A DNA stretch of 64,000 nucleotides from an uncultured Chloroflexia bacterium (GTDB lineage Bacteria; Chloroflexota; Limnocylindria; Limnocylindrales; CSP1-4). How positions within the stretch are numbered: position 1 is the first letter of the stretch; every line of letters starts with the position of its first letter. Location of the stretch: the NCBI GenBank assembly GCA_963720755.1, contig CAVRGP010000015.1, forward strand, positions 384,001 through 448,000, in the 5' to 3' direction. The position numbers and the translations under genes were made by a program. Below the pieces are notes generated by a model, which was not told the DNA's origin, did not search any database, and saw only the letters and a program-made list of their open reading frames with translations. Of this stretch, positions 29,600-39,091 are shown in pieces.

Positions 29600-32356
29600 A
29601 TGCCACCACCCGACCCGACGACCGATCCCCGGATCGTTGCACTGCCCGCCGCCGAGATCCGCCGACGCTTTGTCGAATTCTTCGCCGAGCGCCGGCACAC
29701 GATCGTGCCCAGCGCAAGTCTGGTGCCGGCCGGTGACGCCACGCTCCTGTTCACCAACTCGGGGATGGTCCAGTTCAAGGACGTGTTCATCGGCGCCGAG
29801 ACCCGGTCGTACACCCGAGCCGTGGACTACCAGCGCGTCCTGCGGGTTGCCGGCAAACACAACGACTTCGAGGAGGTCGGTCGGACGCCGCGCCATCACA
29901 CGTTCTTCGAGATGCTCGGGAACTGGTCGTTCGGGGACTATTTCAAGCGTGACGCGATCCGCTGGGCGTGGGACTTCCTGACCAGGGACCTGGGGATACC
30001 CGCGGAGCGGCTGGCGGCCACCACCTACAAGGATGACGACGTCGCCTGGGACATCTGGCGCGATGAGATCGGTCTTCCTCCGGAACGGATGGCTCGGTGG
30101 GGAGATGTCGACAACGGCGATGACCACAACTTCTGGCGGATGGCCGAAACCGGCCCGTGTGGTCCGTGCAGTGAGATCCATTTCGACCGCGGCGCGCACC
30201 TGTCGGAGGGTCCCGAGTGCATCCCCGATCACAGCGAGCAGTGTCCCCGCTGGCTCGAGATCTGGAACCTCGTGTTCATGGAGTTCGACCAGCGCCCCGA
30301 TGGCCGGGTGCCGCTACCGTTCCCGAGCGTCGACACGGGCATGGGCCTGGAGCGTCTCGCCAGTGTCCTTCAGCAGGTCCCCACGAACTACGACACCGAC
30401 CTGTTCACCCCGATCCACGCTCGGATGCGCGAACTCTTCGGGCACGACCCGGCGACCTTCGAGTCGGAGCGGTTCAGCTACCAGGTGATCGCCGATCATG
30501 CCCGGGCCGTGACGTTCCTGATCGGTGACGACGTTCTGCCTTCGAACGAGGGACGCGGTTACGTCCTGCGCAAGCTCTTCCGCCGGGCGGTCCGCCACGG
30601 CCGTCTCCTCGGACGTCACGAGCCGTTCATGGCCGATGCCGCTGACGTCGTCATCGAGGTCATGGCGGAGGCGTATCCGCACCTCATGGTTCGTCGGGAC
30701 GAGATCCTCGCGGTGGTGGGCCGAGAGGAGTCGCAGTTCGCCAGGACTCTCGACGCGGGGACGCGATTGCTCGACGCCGAGATCCGGGCGATCGTCCCGG
30801 AAGGTCCCGAACGGGTCATCGGGCGTCAGGCCGAGTCGCTTCCCGCCGACTCGGCGCGGTTGGCCGGCGACGTCGCCTTCAAGCTCCACGACACGTATGG
30901 GTTCCCCATCGACCTGACGGTCGAGCTCGCGGCCGAATTCGGGGTCGCGGTCGATCGCGACGGGTTCGACGCGGCGCTCTCTGAACAGCGCGAGCGAAGC
31001 CGATCCGGGACGAAGGAGCAGCTCTCGAGGCAGGCAGGCATGGCGGCCGTCTTCGGGGCGATCCAGGCCCGCGCCGGCGACACGGACTTCGTGGGCTACG
31101 AGACCACCGTGGCCGAGGCCCGAGTGGTGTCGATCGTCCGGGACGGGATGGAGTTCGACGAGCTGGCCGGTCATGGCGAGGCGGAGGTCATCCTCGAACC
31201 GACGCCGTTCTATGCGGAAGGTGGCGGCCAGGTGGGGGACCGCGGCGTGTTGCGCGAACCCGGTGGTGGGAGCCCTCTTTTCACCGTCACCGATACCCAA
31301 CGGCCGGTCGGCGGACTGATCGTCCACCGTGGCACGCTCCACGGTCGTCTCCAGGTCGGCACGACGGTCGAGGCGGCGGTCGACGACGAGCGACGAGCCG
31401 ACACGATGCGCAATCACACAGCGACCCATCTCGTCCACCGGGCACTGCGCAACACGGTCGGTGAGCGAGCCCGCCAGGCAGGCTCGCTGGTGAACCCGGA
31501 GCACCTCCGCTTCGACTTTCCGCTCGATCGCGGCCTGACCGATGACGAGATCCGCGCCATCGAGGACGAGGTCCGCCGCATCATCCGCGACGACCGGCCC
31601 GTCAGCATCGAGTACATGAGCATGGCCGATGCGATCGAGCGGGGCGCGGACGCGTTCTTCGACGAGAAGTACGGCGAGACCGTGCGCACGATCCGGGTCC
31701 AGGACTACAGCTTCGAGCTGTGTGGCGGGACCCACTGCCGGGCGAGCGGTCAGATCGGCGGCTTCCTGGTGACCGGCGAGCGCAGCATCGGGTCGGGGAT
31801 GCGCCGGATCGAGGCCGTCACCGGCGTCGCGGCGGATCGCCTGGTCCGTGAACGGTTCGATGCCCTGGAGCGGGCGGCCGACGCGGTCGGGGCGCGCTCC
31901 GTCGAAACCGTGGAAGATCGCATCGCGGCTCTCCAGGAGGAGCTTCGCGAGACGCGGCGTCGGCTCAAGTCGGGCGCTGCTGCCGCCCTGCCGAGACCGA
32001 CCGAACTGGCTGCGAGCGCGCAGGAGGTCGCTCCGGGCGTCCGACTGGTCGCGGCCGCCCTGCCGTTCGATTCGATGGACTCGCTCAAAGCCACCGCTCG
32101 CGACCTGAGCGCGGTGCTCGGGTCCGGGGTCGTCGCCCTGGCCCTCGATGCCGATGAGCCGCAGCTGTTCGTGACCGTGTCGGACGATCTTGTCGAGCGT
32201 GGGATCTCCGCAGGCGACCTGGTCACCGCGGCGATGCCCGCGCTCGTTGGCCGCGGTGGCGGTCGTCCGGGGATGGCCCAGGGTCGCGGGACTCGGCGCG
32301 ACGGACTACCCGAGGCGATGACGGCGATCCGGACCCATCTCGAAAGCGGGGTCTGA
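29600..32356 (+). CDS. alaS: Alanine--tRNA ligase
   Basis: LLFTNSGMVQFK, HHTFFEMLGNWSFGDYFK, DTGMGLER, HTATH, ELCGGTH; start 29600 after TACCAT. Confidence 0.97.
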   Translation: MPPPDPTTDPRIVALPAAEIRRRFVEFFAERRHTIVPSASLVPAGDATLLFTNSGMVQFKDVFIGAETRSYTRAVDYQRVLRVAGKHNDFEEVGRTPRHHTFFEMLGNWSFGDYFKRDAIRWAWDFLTRDLGIPAERLAATTYKDDDVAWDIWRDEIGLPPERMARWGDVDNGDDHNFWRMAETGPCGPCSEIHFDRGAHLSEGPECIPDHSEQCPRWLEIWNLVFMEFDQRPDGRVPLPFPSVDTGMGLERLASVLQQVPTNYDTDLFTPIHARMRELFGHDPATFESERFSYQVIADHARAVTFLIGDDVLPSNEGRGYVLRKLFRRAVRHGRLLGRHEPFMADAADVVIEVMAEAYPHLMVRRDEILAVVGREESQFARTLDAGTRLLDAEIRAIVPEGPERVIGRQAESLPADSARLAGDVAFKLHDTYGFPIDLTVELAAEFGVAVDRDGFDAALSEQRERSRSGTKEQLSRQAGMAAVFGAIQARAGDTDFVGYETTVAEARVVSIVRDGMEFDELAGHGEAEVILEPTPFYAEGGGQVGDRGVLREPGGGSPLFTVTDTQRPVGGLIVHRGTLHGRLQVGTTVEAAVDDERRADTMRNHTATHLVHRALRNTVGERARQAGSLVNPEHLRFDFPLDRGLTDDEIRAIEDEVRRIIRDDRPVSIEYMSMADAIERGADAFFDEKYGETVRTIRVQDYSFELCGGTHCRASGQIGGFLVTGERSIGSGMRRIEAVTGVAADRLVRERFDALERAADAVGARSVETVEDRIAALQEELRETRRRLKSGAAAALPRPTELAASAQEVAPGVRLVAAALPFDSMDSLKATARDLSAVLGSGVVALALDADEPQLFVTVSDDLVERGISAGDLVTAAMPALVGRGGGRPGMAQGRGTRRDGLPEAMTAIRTHLESGV

Positions 32357-33618
32357 TGGCCTTCTGGCGGCGGATCTGGCAGCGCGACGGGGAGGAGGCA
32401 CTGGCTGCCTGTACGGCGCTGGATGTCGGGACCGAGTTCGCCAAGGCGCTGGTCTTCGACATCGATGCCGCCGGCCTGGGGACGGTCCGCGGTGTCGGCC
32501 GCAAGCGCCAAGGGCTCGCCCATATGCAATCGGGCACGGTGGCCGACATCGCGGCCGTCGTGGACAATTGCGCGGTCGCTCTCCAGGAGGCGGAGGAGAT
32601 GGCCGGCTTTCGCCCCACCCAGGTCGTCATCGGCATCGCCGGCGAACTGGTCAAGGGCTTCACGACGGTCCACAGCCAGGAACGCAAGCGGCCGGACCAA
32701 TCCATCTCCGAGTCCGAGCTCCAGAAACTGATCGACGTCGTCCAGCGTGAGGCGCTGCACGAGGCGGAGCGGGCGATCACCTGGGAGACGGGCCTGCCGC
32801 AGGTGGACGTCCGGCTCGTCCATGCCGCGGTGACCGGGGCCTCGATCGATGGCTACGCGCTGACCAATCCGGTCGGCTTCCAGGGCCGTCACATCAAGAT
32901 CGGGATCTTCAACGCGTTCGCCCCGCTGGTCCACCTGGGTGCCCTCCAGAGCGTCGCGTCACAGCTCGACCTCGAGCTGCTCGAGATCGTCGCCGAGCCG
33001 TACGCCGTCGCCCGGGTGCTGGGCGACGACCAGATCCGCCAGGCCGGGGCCTTGTTCGTCGATGTCGGCGGGGGGACGACCGACGTGGCCCTGGTCCGCC
33101 AGGGCGGCATCGAGGGGACCCGGATGTTCGCTCTCGGTGGTCGAGCCTTCACCAAGAGTCTGGCCGACCGACTCGATCTGCCGTTCCCGAGGGCCGAGGC
33201 GCTCAAGGTCGACTATGCCCGCGGATTGGCCGTCGAGCACGCCGCGGACATCGCCACCATCGTGGCCGACGACGTTCGCGTGTGGGCCGCCGGCGTCGAG
33301 TTGGTGATGGAGGAGTTGTCCGGGGGCGATCTGCTGCCCGGTCGGATCTTCCTGTGCGGTGGTGGGTCTCGTCTGCCCGAGATCAAGGCGGCCCTCTCCT
33401 CGCAGGCGTTCTACGAGCGTCTGCCATTCTCACGTCCGCCGGAGGTCGTGGTCATGGCTCCGGACCAGATCGAGACGATCCTGGATGGCACCAACCTGCT
33501 CGTGGATCAACAGGACGTGACCCCGCTTGGTCTGGCCTACCAGGCGATCGAGCTCCAGACCACGGATGACCCGCTCGATGCCGCCCTGCGCCGAGTCCTC
33601 AGGGCGATGAAGGTCTGA
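32356..33618 (+). CDS. FtsA-like actin-fold ATPase (orphan, outside a dcw cluster)
   Basis: ALDVGTE, AEPYAVA, VDVGGGTTD, GGRAFT, LCGGGSRL actin motifs; TGATG overlap with alaS. Confidence 0.85.
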   Translation: MAFWRRIWQRDGEEALAACTALDVGTEFAKALVFDIDAAGLGTVRGVGRKRQGLAHMQSGTVADIAAVVDNCAVALQEAEEMAGFRPTQVVIGIAGELVKGFTTVHSQERKRPDQSISESELQKLIDVVQREALHEAERAITWETGLPQVDVRLVHAAVTGASIDGYALTNPVGFQGRHIKIGIFNAFAPLVHLGALQSVASQLDLELLEIVAEPYAVARVLGDDQIRQAGALFVDVGGGTTDVALVRQGGIEGTRMFALGGRAFTKSLADRLDLPFPRAEALKVDYARGLAVEHAADIATIVADDVRVWAAGVELVMEELSGGDLLPGRIFLCGGGSRLPEIKAALSSQAFYERLPFSRPPEVVVMAPDQIETILDGTNLLVDQQDVTPLGLAYQAIELQTTDDPLDAALRRVLRAMKV

Positions 33619-33621
33619 TCC

Positions 33622-35304
33622 ATGGCCAGCCCCATCATCTACCTGGAGGTCGACGACGAGATCACGTCGGCCGCCTCGCGCATCCGGGAGGCCGACGCCA
33701 CCCGGGTCGCCGTCGTGCTGCCTCACGGCTCCCGGGTCGCGACGTCGCGGATCAATTTCCGACTGCTGTCCCGGGACGCGCTCACCCATGAGAAGCGGCT
33801 TTCCCTGGTATCGGCCGATCCGGCCACGCGCGCCCTGGCGGCGTCTGCCGGATTGCCCGTCTTCGCCAGCGTCGCCGAATACGAGGCCTCATTGGCCGGG
33901 ATCGATGCGGAACCAGGGGCCAAGTCCGCGACCCCGGCTCCGATCGTCGCCCCCGCCATCGTCGCCGGGGCCGTCACGGGCGACGTCGTCGTCGACACGG
34001 TCCGCTCCGACGTCCCTCGGGAGCCGTCGCCGGCGATCTCGCGACGATCCACGGAGCCGATCGCCCGGCCCGACGCTGGTGGCGGGCGATCCACGACCAG
34101 TGCCACGGGGGGACAGCGAGGCATCAGGACGCCCTGGTTGATCGGTGGGGGCATCCTAGCCCTGGCCGTGCTGGTCGGGGCCGTGGGCATCTATCTGCTG
34201 TTGCCGTCGGCGACGATCGTGGTGACGCCTCGGCCGGAGCCCGTCGGCCCGGTGGAGATCCAGGTGGTCGCCGATCCGAGCGCCACCGGGCCCGGATCCG
34301 ACCCTCCAGTCGTCCAGGCCGAGATCCTGACGGTCCCGGTGAGCGTCGAAGATACGTTTCCGGCCACGGGCGTCCGGGTGGACCTGACCAAGGCGACCGG
34401 GACGGTTCGGTTCGAGAATCTCGACCCGACCAGCGCGAACCGGATCGCGGCCGGGAGCGTCGTCACCACCAGTGATGGCGTCAAGTTCAGGACGGACGCC
34501 ACGATCACGGTCGGCAAAGCCGACCTGATCGGATTCACCATCTTCCCGGGGCGCGCGAGCGTAGCCGTCACCGCGGCCACCGGCGGACCTGATGGCAACG
34601 TCGAACCGAACACCATCGTCGGCGTGCCTCGCGATGAGAGCTCGGTCTTCCTCAAGGTCAGCAATCCGGACGCGACCACCGGCGGGACTCGGGTGGAGGT
34701 GGCGCGGGTCAGCCAGGAGGACGTCGATGCGGCGATGGTCGCCCTGCAGGCTTCCCTCCAGGCGTCGTTCGACTCGGCGCTCGAGGATCCGAGCCTTGCA
34801 GCCGACGGTAATCGGGTATTCCCCGCGACGGGGATACTGGGTCCGTCGCAACCTTCGGTGCCGGCTGAATCGCTCGTCGGCCAGGAGGTGACCGAATTCG
34901 CACTCGGGCTCGCCGCGACCGGGACCGTCGTCAGTGCCGACCCCGCGCCGGTCACCGCGATCGCCGAGGAGCGCCTCCGGGCCGCGATCGACCCCGATCA
35001 TCAACTTGTCGAAGGATCGGTGGCGATCCAGGTCGGCGATGCCGTCATCGTGGGGCAGACGGTCACCTTCCCGGTCACCGCGACCGCGCAGGAGATCGCG
35101 ATCCTCGATCCCAGCGCTCTGGAGGCGATGGTCCTCGGCAAACCTGCGGGCGAGGCACGGGCGATCCTCGAACCGTATGGCGATGTGGATCTGACCATTT
35201 CGCCCGACTGGACCAATTCCGTGCCGAGCTTCGAAGGGCGGGTGGACCTGACGATCGGCCACCCGGTCACGATCGAGACGCCGGCCCCGTCGCCTTCCTC
35301 GTGA
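33622..35304 (+). CDS. Bitopic membrane protein with baseplate J/gp47-like extracellular region
   Basis: N-terminal alpha/beta domain, disordered linker, TM about aa 171-194, then ATGTVRF..IAAGS..FRT..VTA..G..GNV..I..VSN...TGG. Confidence 0.7.
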   Translation: MASPIIYLEVDDEITSAASRIREADATRVAVVLPHGSRVATSRINFRLLSRDALTHEKRLSLVSADPATRALAASAGLPVFASVAEYEASLAGIDAEPGAKSATPAPIVAPAIVAGAVTGDVVVDTVRSDVPREPSPAISRRSTEPIARPDAGGGRSTTSATGGQRGIRTPWLIGGGILALAVLVGAVGIYLLLPSATIVVTPRPEPVGPVEIQVVADPSATGPGSDPPVVQAEILTVPVSVEDTFPATGVRVDLTKATGTVRFENLDPTSANRIAAGSVVTTSDGVKFRTDATITVGKADLIGFTIFPGRASVAVTAATGGPDGNVEPNTIVGVPRDESSVFLKVSNPDATTGGTRVEVARVSQEDVDAAMVALQASLQASFDSALEDPSLAADGNRVFPATGILGPSQPSVPAESLVGQEVTEFALGLAATGTVVSADPAPVTAIAEERLRAAIDPDHQLVEGSVAIQVGDAVIVGQTVTFPVTATAQEIAILDPSALEAMVLGKPAGEARAILEPYGDVDLTISPDWTNSVPSFEGRVDLTIGHPVTIETPAPSPSS

Positions 35305-35798
35305 CCCGGTTCCTCGGGATCGATCTGGGCGAACGTCGGATCGGCCTCGCGATCGGCGATGACGAGGGCGCCGTCGCGCGGCCGTTGTCGACGCTTCGAC
35401 GCGGTCGTGGGATCGCTGCCGATGGGGCGGGTCTGCTCGAGGTCATCGCCCGCGAGTCGATCGACGAGCTGATCGTCGGGCTCCCGCTTGAGGCCTCTGG
35501 CGAGGTAGGTGCGCAGGCGAGCCTGACCCGGGACTGGGTCGAGGCGCTGCAAGCGTTTGTGGATCTTCCGGTAACCTATCGCGACGAACGCCTGACCAGC
35601 CACCTCGCCGAGACCAGGCTCGGACCGATGAAGCGAGGACGCTCGGGTGGGCCACCCAGCAAGACCCAGCGCGATGCGTATCGTGCCCGGGTCGACCGTG
35701 AGGCCGCTGCCATCATCCTCCAGGACGAACTCGACACACGCGCCCGACGCCGCTCGTCCATGCCCCGAGACCCTGGAGCTTTGGAGACCGACGCATGA
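35301..35798 (+). CDS. ruvX: RuvX/YqgF pre-16S rRNA nuclease
   Basis: LGIDLGERRIGLA, IVGLP, DERLTS, VDREAAAIILQ. Confidence 0.93.
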   Translation: MTRFLGIDLGERRIGLAIGDDEGAVARPLSTLRRGRGIAADGAGLLEVIARESIDELIVGLPLEASGEVGAQASLTRDWVEALQAFVDLPVTYRDERLTSHLAETRLGPMKRGRSGGPPSKTQRDAYRARVDREAAAIILQDELDTRARRRSSMPRDPGALETDA

Positions 35799-37168
35799 CG
35801 ATCCGCTCGGGCGGACGCCCACGGGACGGACGTCCCGCGCCAGTCCGGCCATATGACCCCGACGCCTACGCGACCGCCACCGTGCCGGAGTTCTCCGAGC
35901 CGATCCGGCGCGGACGAGGTGGTCGTGGCGGCGGCGGTCTCGGTCGCGGGCTGACGGGCCTCCTGAAGTTCCTCATCTTCGCCCTGGTGCTCGCGAGCAT
36001 CGTCCTCGCCGCCGCGCTCACGGTCCTCCGGCCTGTCGTCAACAGCGCGGTGATGGCGTTCGCGGACGACAATCCGGCGGCGCTCCGGTTGCCGTTCGTC
36101 GAGGACATCGTTCGCGAGGATCTCGGCGCGGCACTGACCACGCCGGCATCGGGATCGGCGACCCAGGTGGAGTTCCTGGTCGATGCGGGTGACACCGCCA
36201 GCACGATCGCGATGCGCCTCGAGGATGCCGGACTGATCGGCGACAGCCGGGCCTTCGTCTTCATCTCGACCGTCCGCGGGCTGACCGGTTCACTCCAGCA
36301 GGGCACGTTCGTGCTCCGGGAGAACATGACGCCCGATCAGCTGGTCAGTGCGTTGCTCGCCCCACCCAAGGTGAAGTACGTGGACATCGCCCTGCGGACG
36401 GGTCTTCGCCTCGAGCAGATCACGGCCCTGCTCGAGACCCTGCCACTCGATATGGATGCGGCGGCATTCTACGAACTGGTCTCATCACCACCACCCTCGC
36501 TGATCAACGACTACCCATGGCTCAAGACGATCCGCGCGGACGCACCCAAGAGGGCTTCACTGGAAGGGTTCCTCTGGCCGGCGACCTACCGGGTCCTGCC
36601 TGACACCACGCCCGACGAGCTCGTCCGCTTGATGCTCGACAACTTCGCCGCCAACGTGGGGCCGGAACGGATGGCCGTCGCCAAGGCCCGCGGGCTGACG
36701 TTTTTCGAGGTCATGACCCTCGCCTCGATCGTCGAACGTGAGGCCCAGCTCCCCGATGAGAAACCCCTCATCGCCGGCGTCTACCAGAACCGGCTCGATC
36801 CCCAGCGGTGGCCGACCGGCCTGCTCCAGTCGGATCCGACGATCTTCTACGTGCATGACTCGCTGCAGCTTGCCAAGATGCCGATCGCAAACTGGCCGAC
36901 ATACATCTTCTGGGCACCGATCAAGGGTGGCCTGACCAGCGATGCCTTGCCGGCCGACCTCGTCGCCTACAACACGTATACGAGTGCCGGACTGCCGCCC
37001 GGGCCGATCTGCACCCCGACCCTGACATCGATCGACGCGGCGCTCGAGCCCGACACCAGGGATGGCTATTTCTACTTCCTGGCCAAGGGCGACGGGACCG
37101 GGACGACGGCCTTCGCGAAGACGCTCAAGGAGCACCAGGCCAACATCAAGAAGTACGCCAAGAAGTGA
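35795..37168 (+). CDS. mltG: Endolytic transglycosylase MltG
   Basis: N-terminal TM, LEGFLWPATY, LASIVERE, LQSDPT, YNTY..GLPPGPI. Confidence 0.93.
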   Translation: MTIRSGGRPRDGRPAPVRPYDPDAYATATVPEFSEPIRRGRGGRGGGGLGRGLTGLLKFLIFALVLASIVLAAALTVLRPVVNSAVMAFADDNPAALRLPFVEDIVREDLGAALTTPASGSATQVEFLVDAGDTASTIAMRLEDAGLIGDSRAFVFISTVRGLTGSLQQGTFVLRENMTPDQLVSALLAPPKVKYVDIALRTGLRLEQITALLETLPLDMDAAAFYELVSSPPPSLINDYPWLKTIRADAPKRASLEGFLWPATYRVLPDTTPDELVRLMLDNFAANVGPERMAVAKARGLTFFEVMTLASIVEREAQLPDEKPLIAGVYQNRLDPQRWPTGLLQSDPTIFYVHDSLQLAKMPIANWPTYIFWAPIKGGLTSDALPADLVAYNTYTSAGLPPGPICTPTLTSIDAALEPDTRDGYFYFLAKGDGTGTTAFAKTLKEHQANIKKYAKK

Positions 37169-38406
37169 GCCGATCGGCGGGGTCGGCCATGTGGCCGTCG
37201 CCGGACGACTTCGCCAGGCCGCCGTCCAAGGCGGAGTGTGATCGCTGGCTTGAAGCGGACCGAGCGGCGCGTCCGGTGCGCCTCGAGCGCCTCCGCGCCC
37301 GGTTCGGATCCGCGGGTGTCGACGCCTACTTCGGCGTTCGGCGCGAGCATATGCGCTACCTCACCGGGTTCACCCTCGCCGACGGCGAAGAGAAGGTCGC
37401 CGGCGATTCGGGTCGGTTCCTGGTGGCCGCCGACGAGGTCATCGTGCTGGCCAATTCGCGCTATACGCTCCAGGTCCGGCGAGAAGCCCCGGACGCCGTG
37501 CTGGTCGAGGCCTACAACGACCTGCCCGCCCGCTGGCCGGAACTGATGGCGAGGGTCGGCGCCCGACGGGTCGCGCTGGAAGCCGGGTTCATCGCCCATG
37601 CGCTCTGGGAGCGCTTGGCGGCAGCGGCGCCGGACGTCGAGCTGATCGCTGTCGACGGTTGGGTCGAGGCGGATCGCGCCGTCAAGGAGGCGAGTGAGAT
37701 CGAGCGGATCGCCGCCGCCTGTGCCGTCGCCGATCGGGCCCTGGCAACCCTGCTGCCCGACATCAGGCCGGGCATCACCGAGGTCGACCTCGCCCTGCGC
37801 CTCGAATGGGCGATGCGGACCGGTGGCGCCGAAGCCCTCGCATTCGATGTCGCCTGCCTGTCGGGTCCCGAGGCCGCCCTTCCCCATGGCTCGCCGGGCG
37901 ACCGGCCGGTCCTCGATCGGGCGGTCCTGCTGTTCGACTTCGGGGCCCAGGTCTGTGGCTATCGGAGTGATATGACCCGGACACTGTTCGTGGGCGACCC
38001 GACCGCCGCCGATCTCGAGATCTACCAGCTGGTGGCCGCCGCACAAGGCGCCGCCATCCGGCGGGTCGAGGAGGCAGTCGCGGGATCGCCAGACGGCCCG
38101 TTGCCGACCGGGCGATCGATCGACGCGGCCGCCCGGGGCGTGATCGAGGCGGCCGGCCACGGTGACCATTTCGGACACGGTACGGGTCACGGCATCGGAT
38201 TGGCGACCCACGAGTCTCCGTCGCTGGGGCGCCTGGTGGCGGATGCAGCCCTGCCGAGTCCGACCGTGTTCTCGGTCGAGCCGGGCGTCTATCTCGACGG
38301 CCAGACCGGCGTGAGGATCGAAGACCTCATCGTGCTCGACGCCCAGGCCGGGCGGGTCGACCGCCTGACCAGCTTCCCCCGCGATGTCATCGTCGTCGGA
38401 CACTGA
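37165..38406 (+). CDS. pepQ: Xaa-Pro aminopeptidase (M24B)
   Basis: YLTGF, DFGA..GYRSDMTRT, HGTGHGIGL, SVEPGVY, VRIED; precedes efp. Confidence 0.88.
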   Translation: MSRSAGSAMWPSPDDFARPPSKAECDRWLEADRAARPVRLERLRARFGSAGVDAYFGVRREHMRYLTGFTLADGEEKVAGDSGRFLVAADEVIVLANSRYTLQVRREAPDAVLVEAYNDLPARWPELMARVGARRVALEAGFIAHALWERLAAAAPDVELIAVDGWVEADRAVKEASEIERIAAACAVADRALATLLPDIRPGITEVDLALRLEWAMRTGGAEALAFDVACLSGPEAALPHGSPGDRPVLDRAVLLFDFGAQVCGYRSDMTRTLFVGDPTAADLEIYQLVAAAQGAAIRRVEEAVAGSPDGPLPTGRSIDAAARGVIEAAGHGDHFGHGTGHGIGLATHESPSLGRLVADAALPSPTVFSVEPGVYLDGQTGVRIEDLIVLDAQAGRVDRLTSFPRDVIVVGH

Positions 38407-38521
38407 GCGGGAGGGCACGAGCCGGTCGCGGGTGGGGTCTCTGCTACGATCGGCGGCGACCCGCCAGACCGATCGGCGCGACTCATCGAGTCGATCGACC
38501 GCCCCAGGAGCCTGACCCCCG

Positions 38522-39079
38522 ATGATCAGCACCGGTGAACTCAAGAAGGGTGTCGCCATCGAACTCGACGGCGAGCTCTGGCAGATCCTCGACTACCACC
38601 ACATCAAGATGGGCCGCGGATCCGCCCAGGTTCGGATCACCCTGCGCAACATCAAGCGGGGTCAGACGGTGGAACGATCGTTCCAGGCCGGCACGAAGTG
38701 GCCGCGCGCGTCGATGGAGAAACGGCCCGTCCAATTCCTCTACCGCGACGGTGACGACCACCACTTCATGGATACCGATACGTATGACCAGTTCATCCTG
38801 AGCACCGAGCAGCTCGGCGAGGCCGCGCCGTATCTCAAGGACGGGATGACGCTCGACCGCACGAGCTATCAGGGCGAGACGATCGGGGTCGAGGTCCCGA
38901 TCACGGTGGACCTCGCGGTCGTCGAGACGGAACCCGGGTTCGCCGGCGACACCCAGAGTGGCGCCCGCAAACCGGCGACCACGGAGACAGGCCTGATCGT
39001 CCAGGTGCCGATCTTCGTCGAGCCCGGGGACACCATCCGGATCGACACTCGGACCGGGGAGTACCAGACCCGCGTCTGA
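38522..39079 (+). CDS. efp: Elongation factor P
   Basis: HIKMGRGSA loop, QFLY, KPATTETG, VPIFV, IDTRTGEY; AGGAG upstream. Confidence 0.96.
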   Translation: MISTGELKKGVAIELDGELWQILDYHHIKMGRGSAQVRITLRNIKRGQTVERSFQAGTKWPRASMEKRPVQFLYRDGDDHHFMDTDTYDQFILSTEQLGEAAPYLKDGMTLDRTSYQGETIGVEVPITVDLAVVETEPGFAGDTQSGARKPATTETGLIVQVPIFVEPGDTIRIDTRTGEYQTRV

Positions 39080-39091
39080 GAGGGCCGGCGG

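Noticed and set aside
33622-35304. Prophage or contractile injection system suggested by the baseplate-J-like gene
   Set aside because: No sheath, tube, spike, capsid, terminase or integrase genes; the protein has a TM helix and sits in a housekeeping operon
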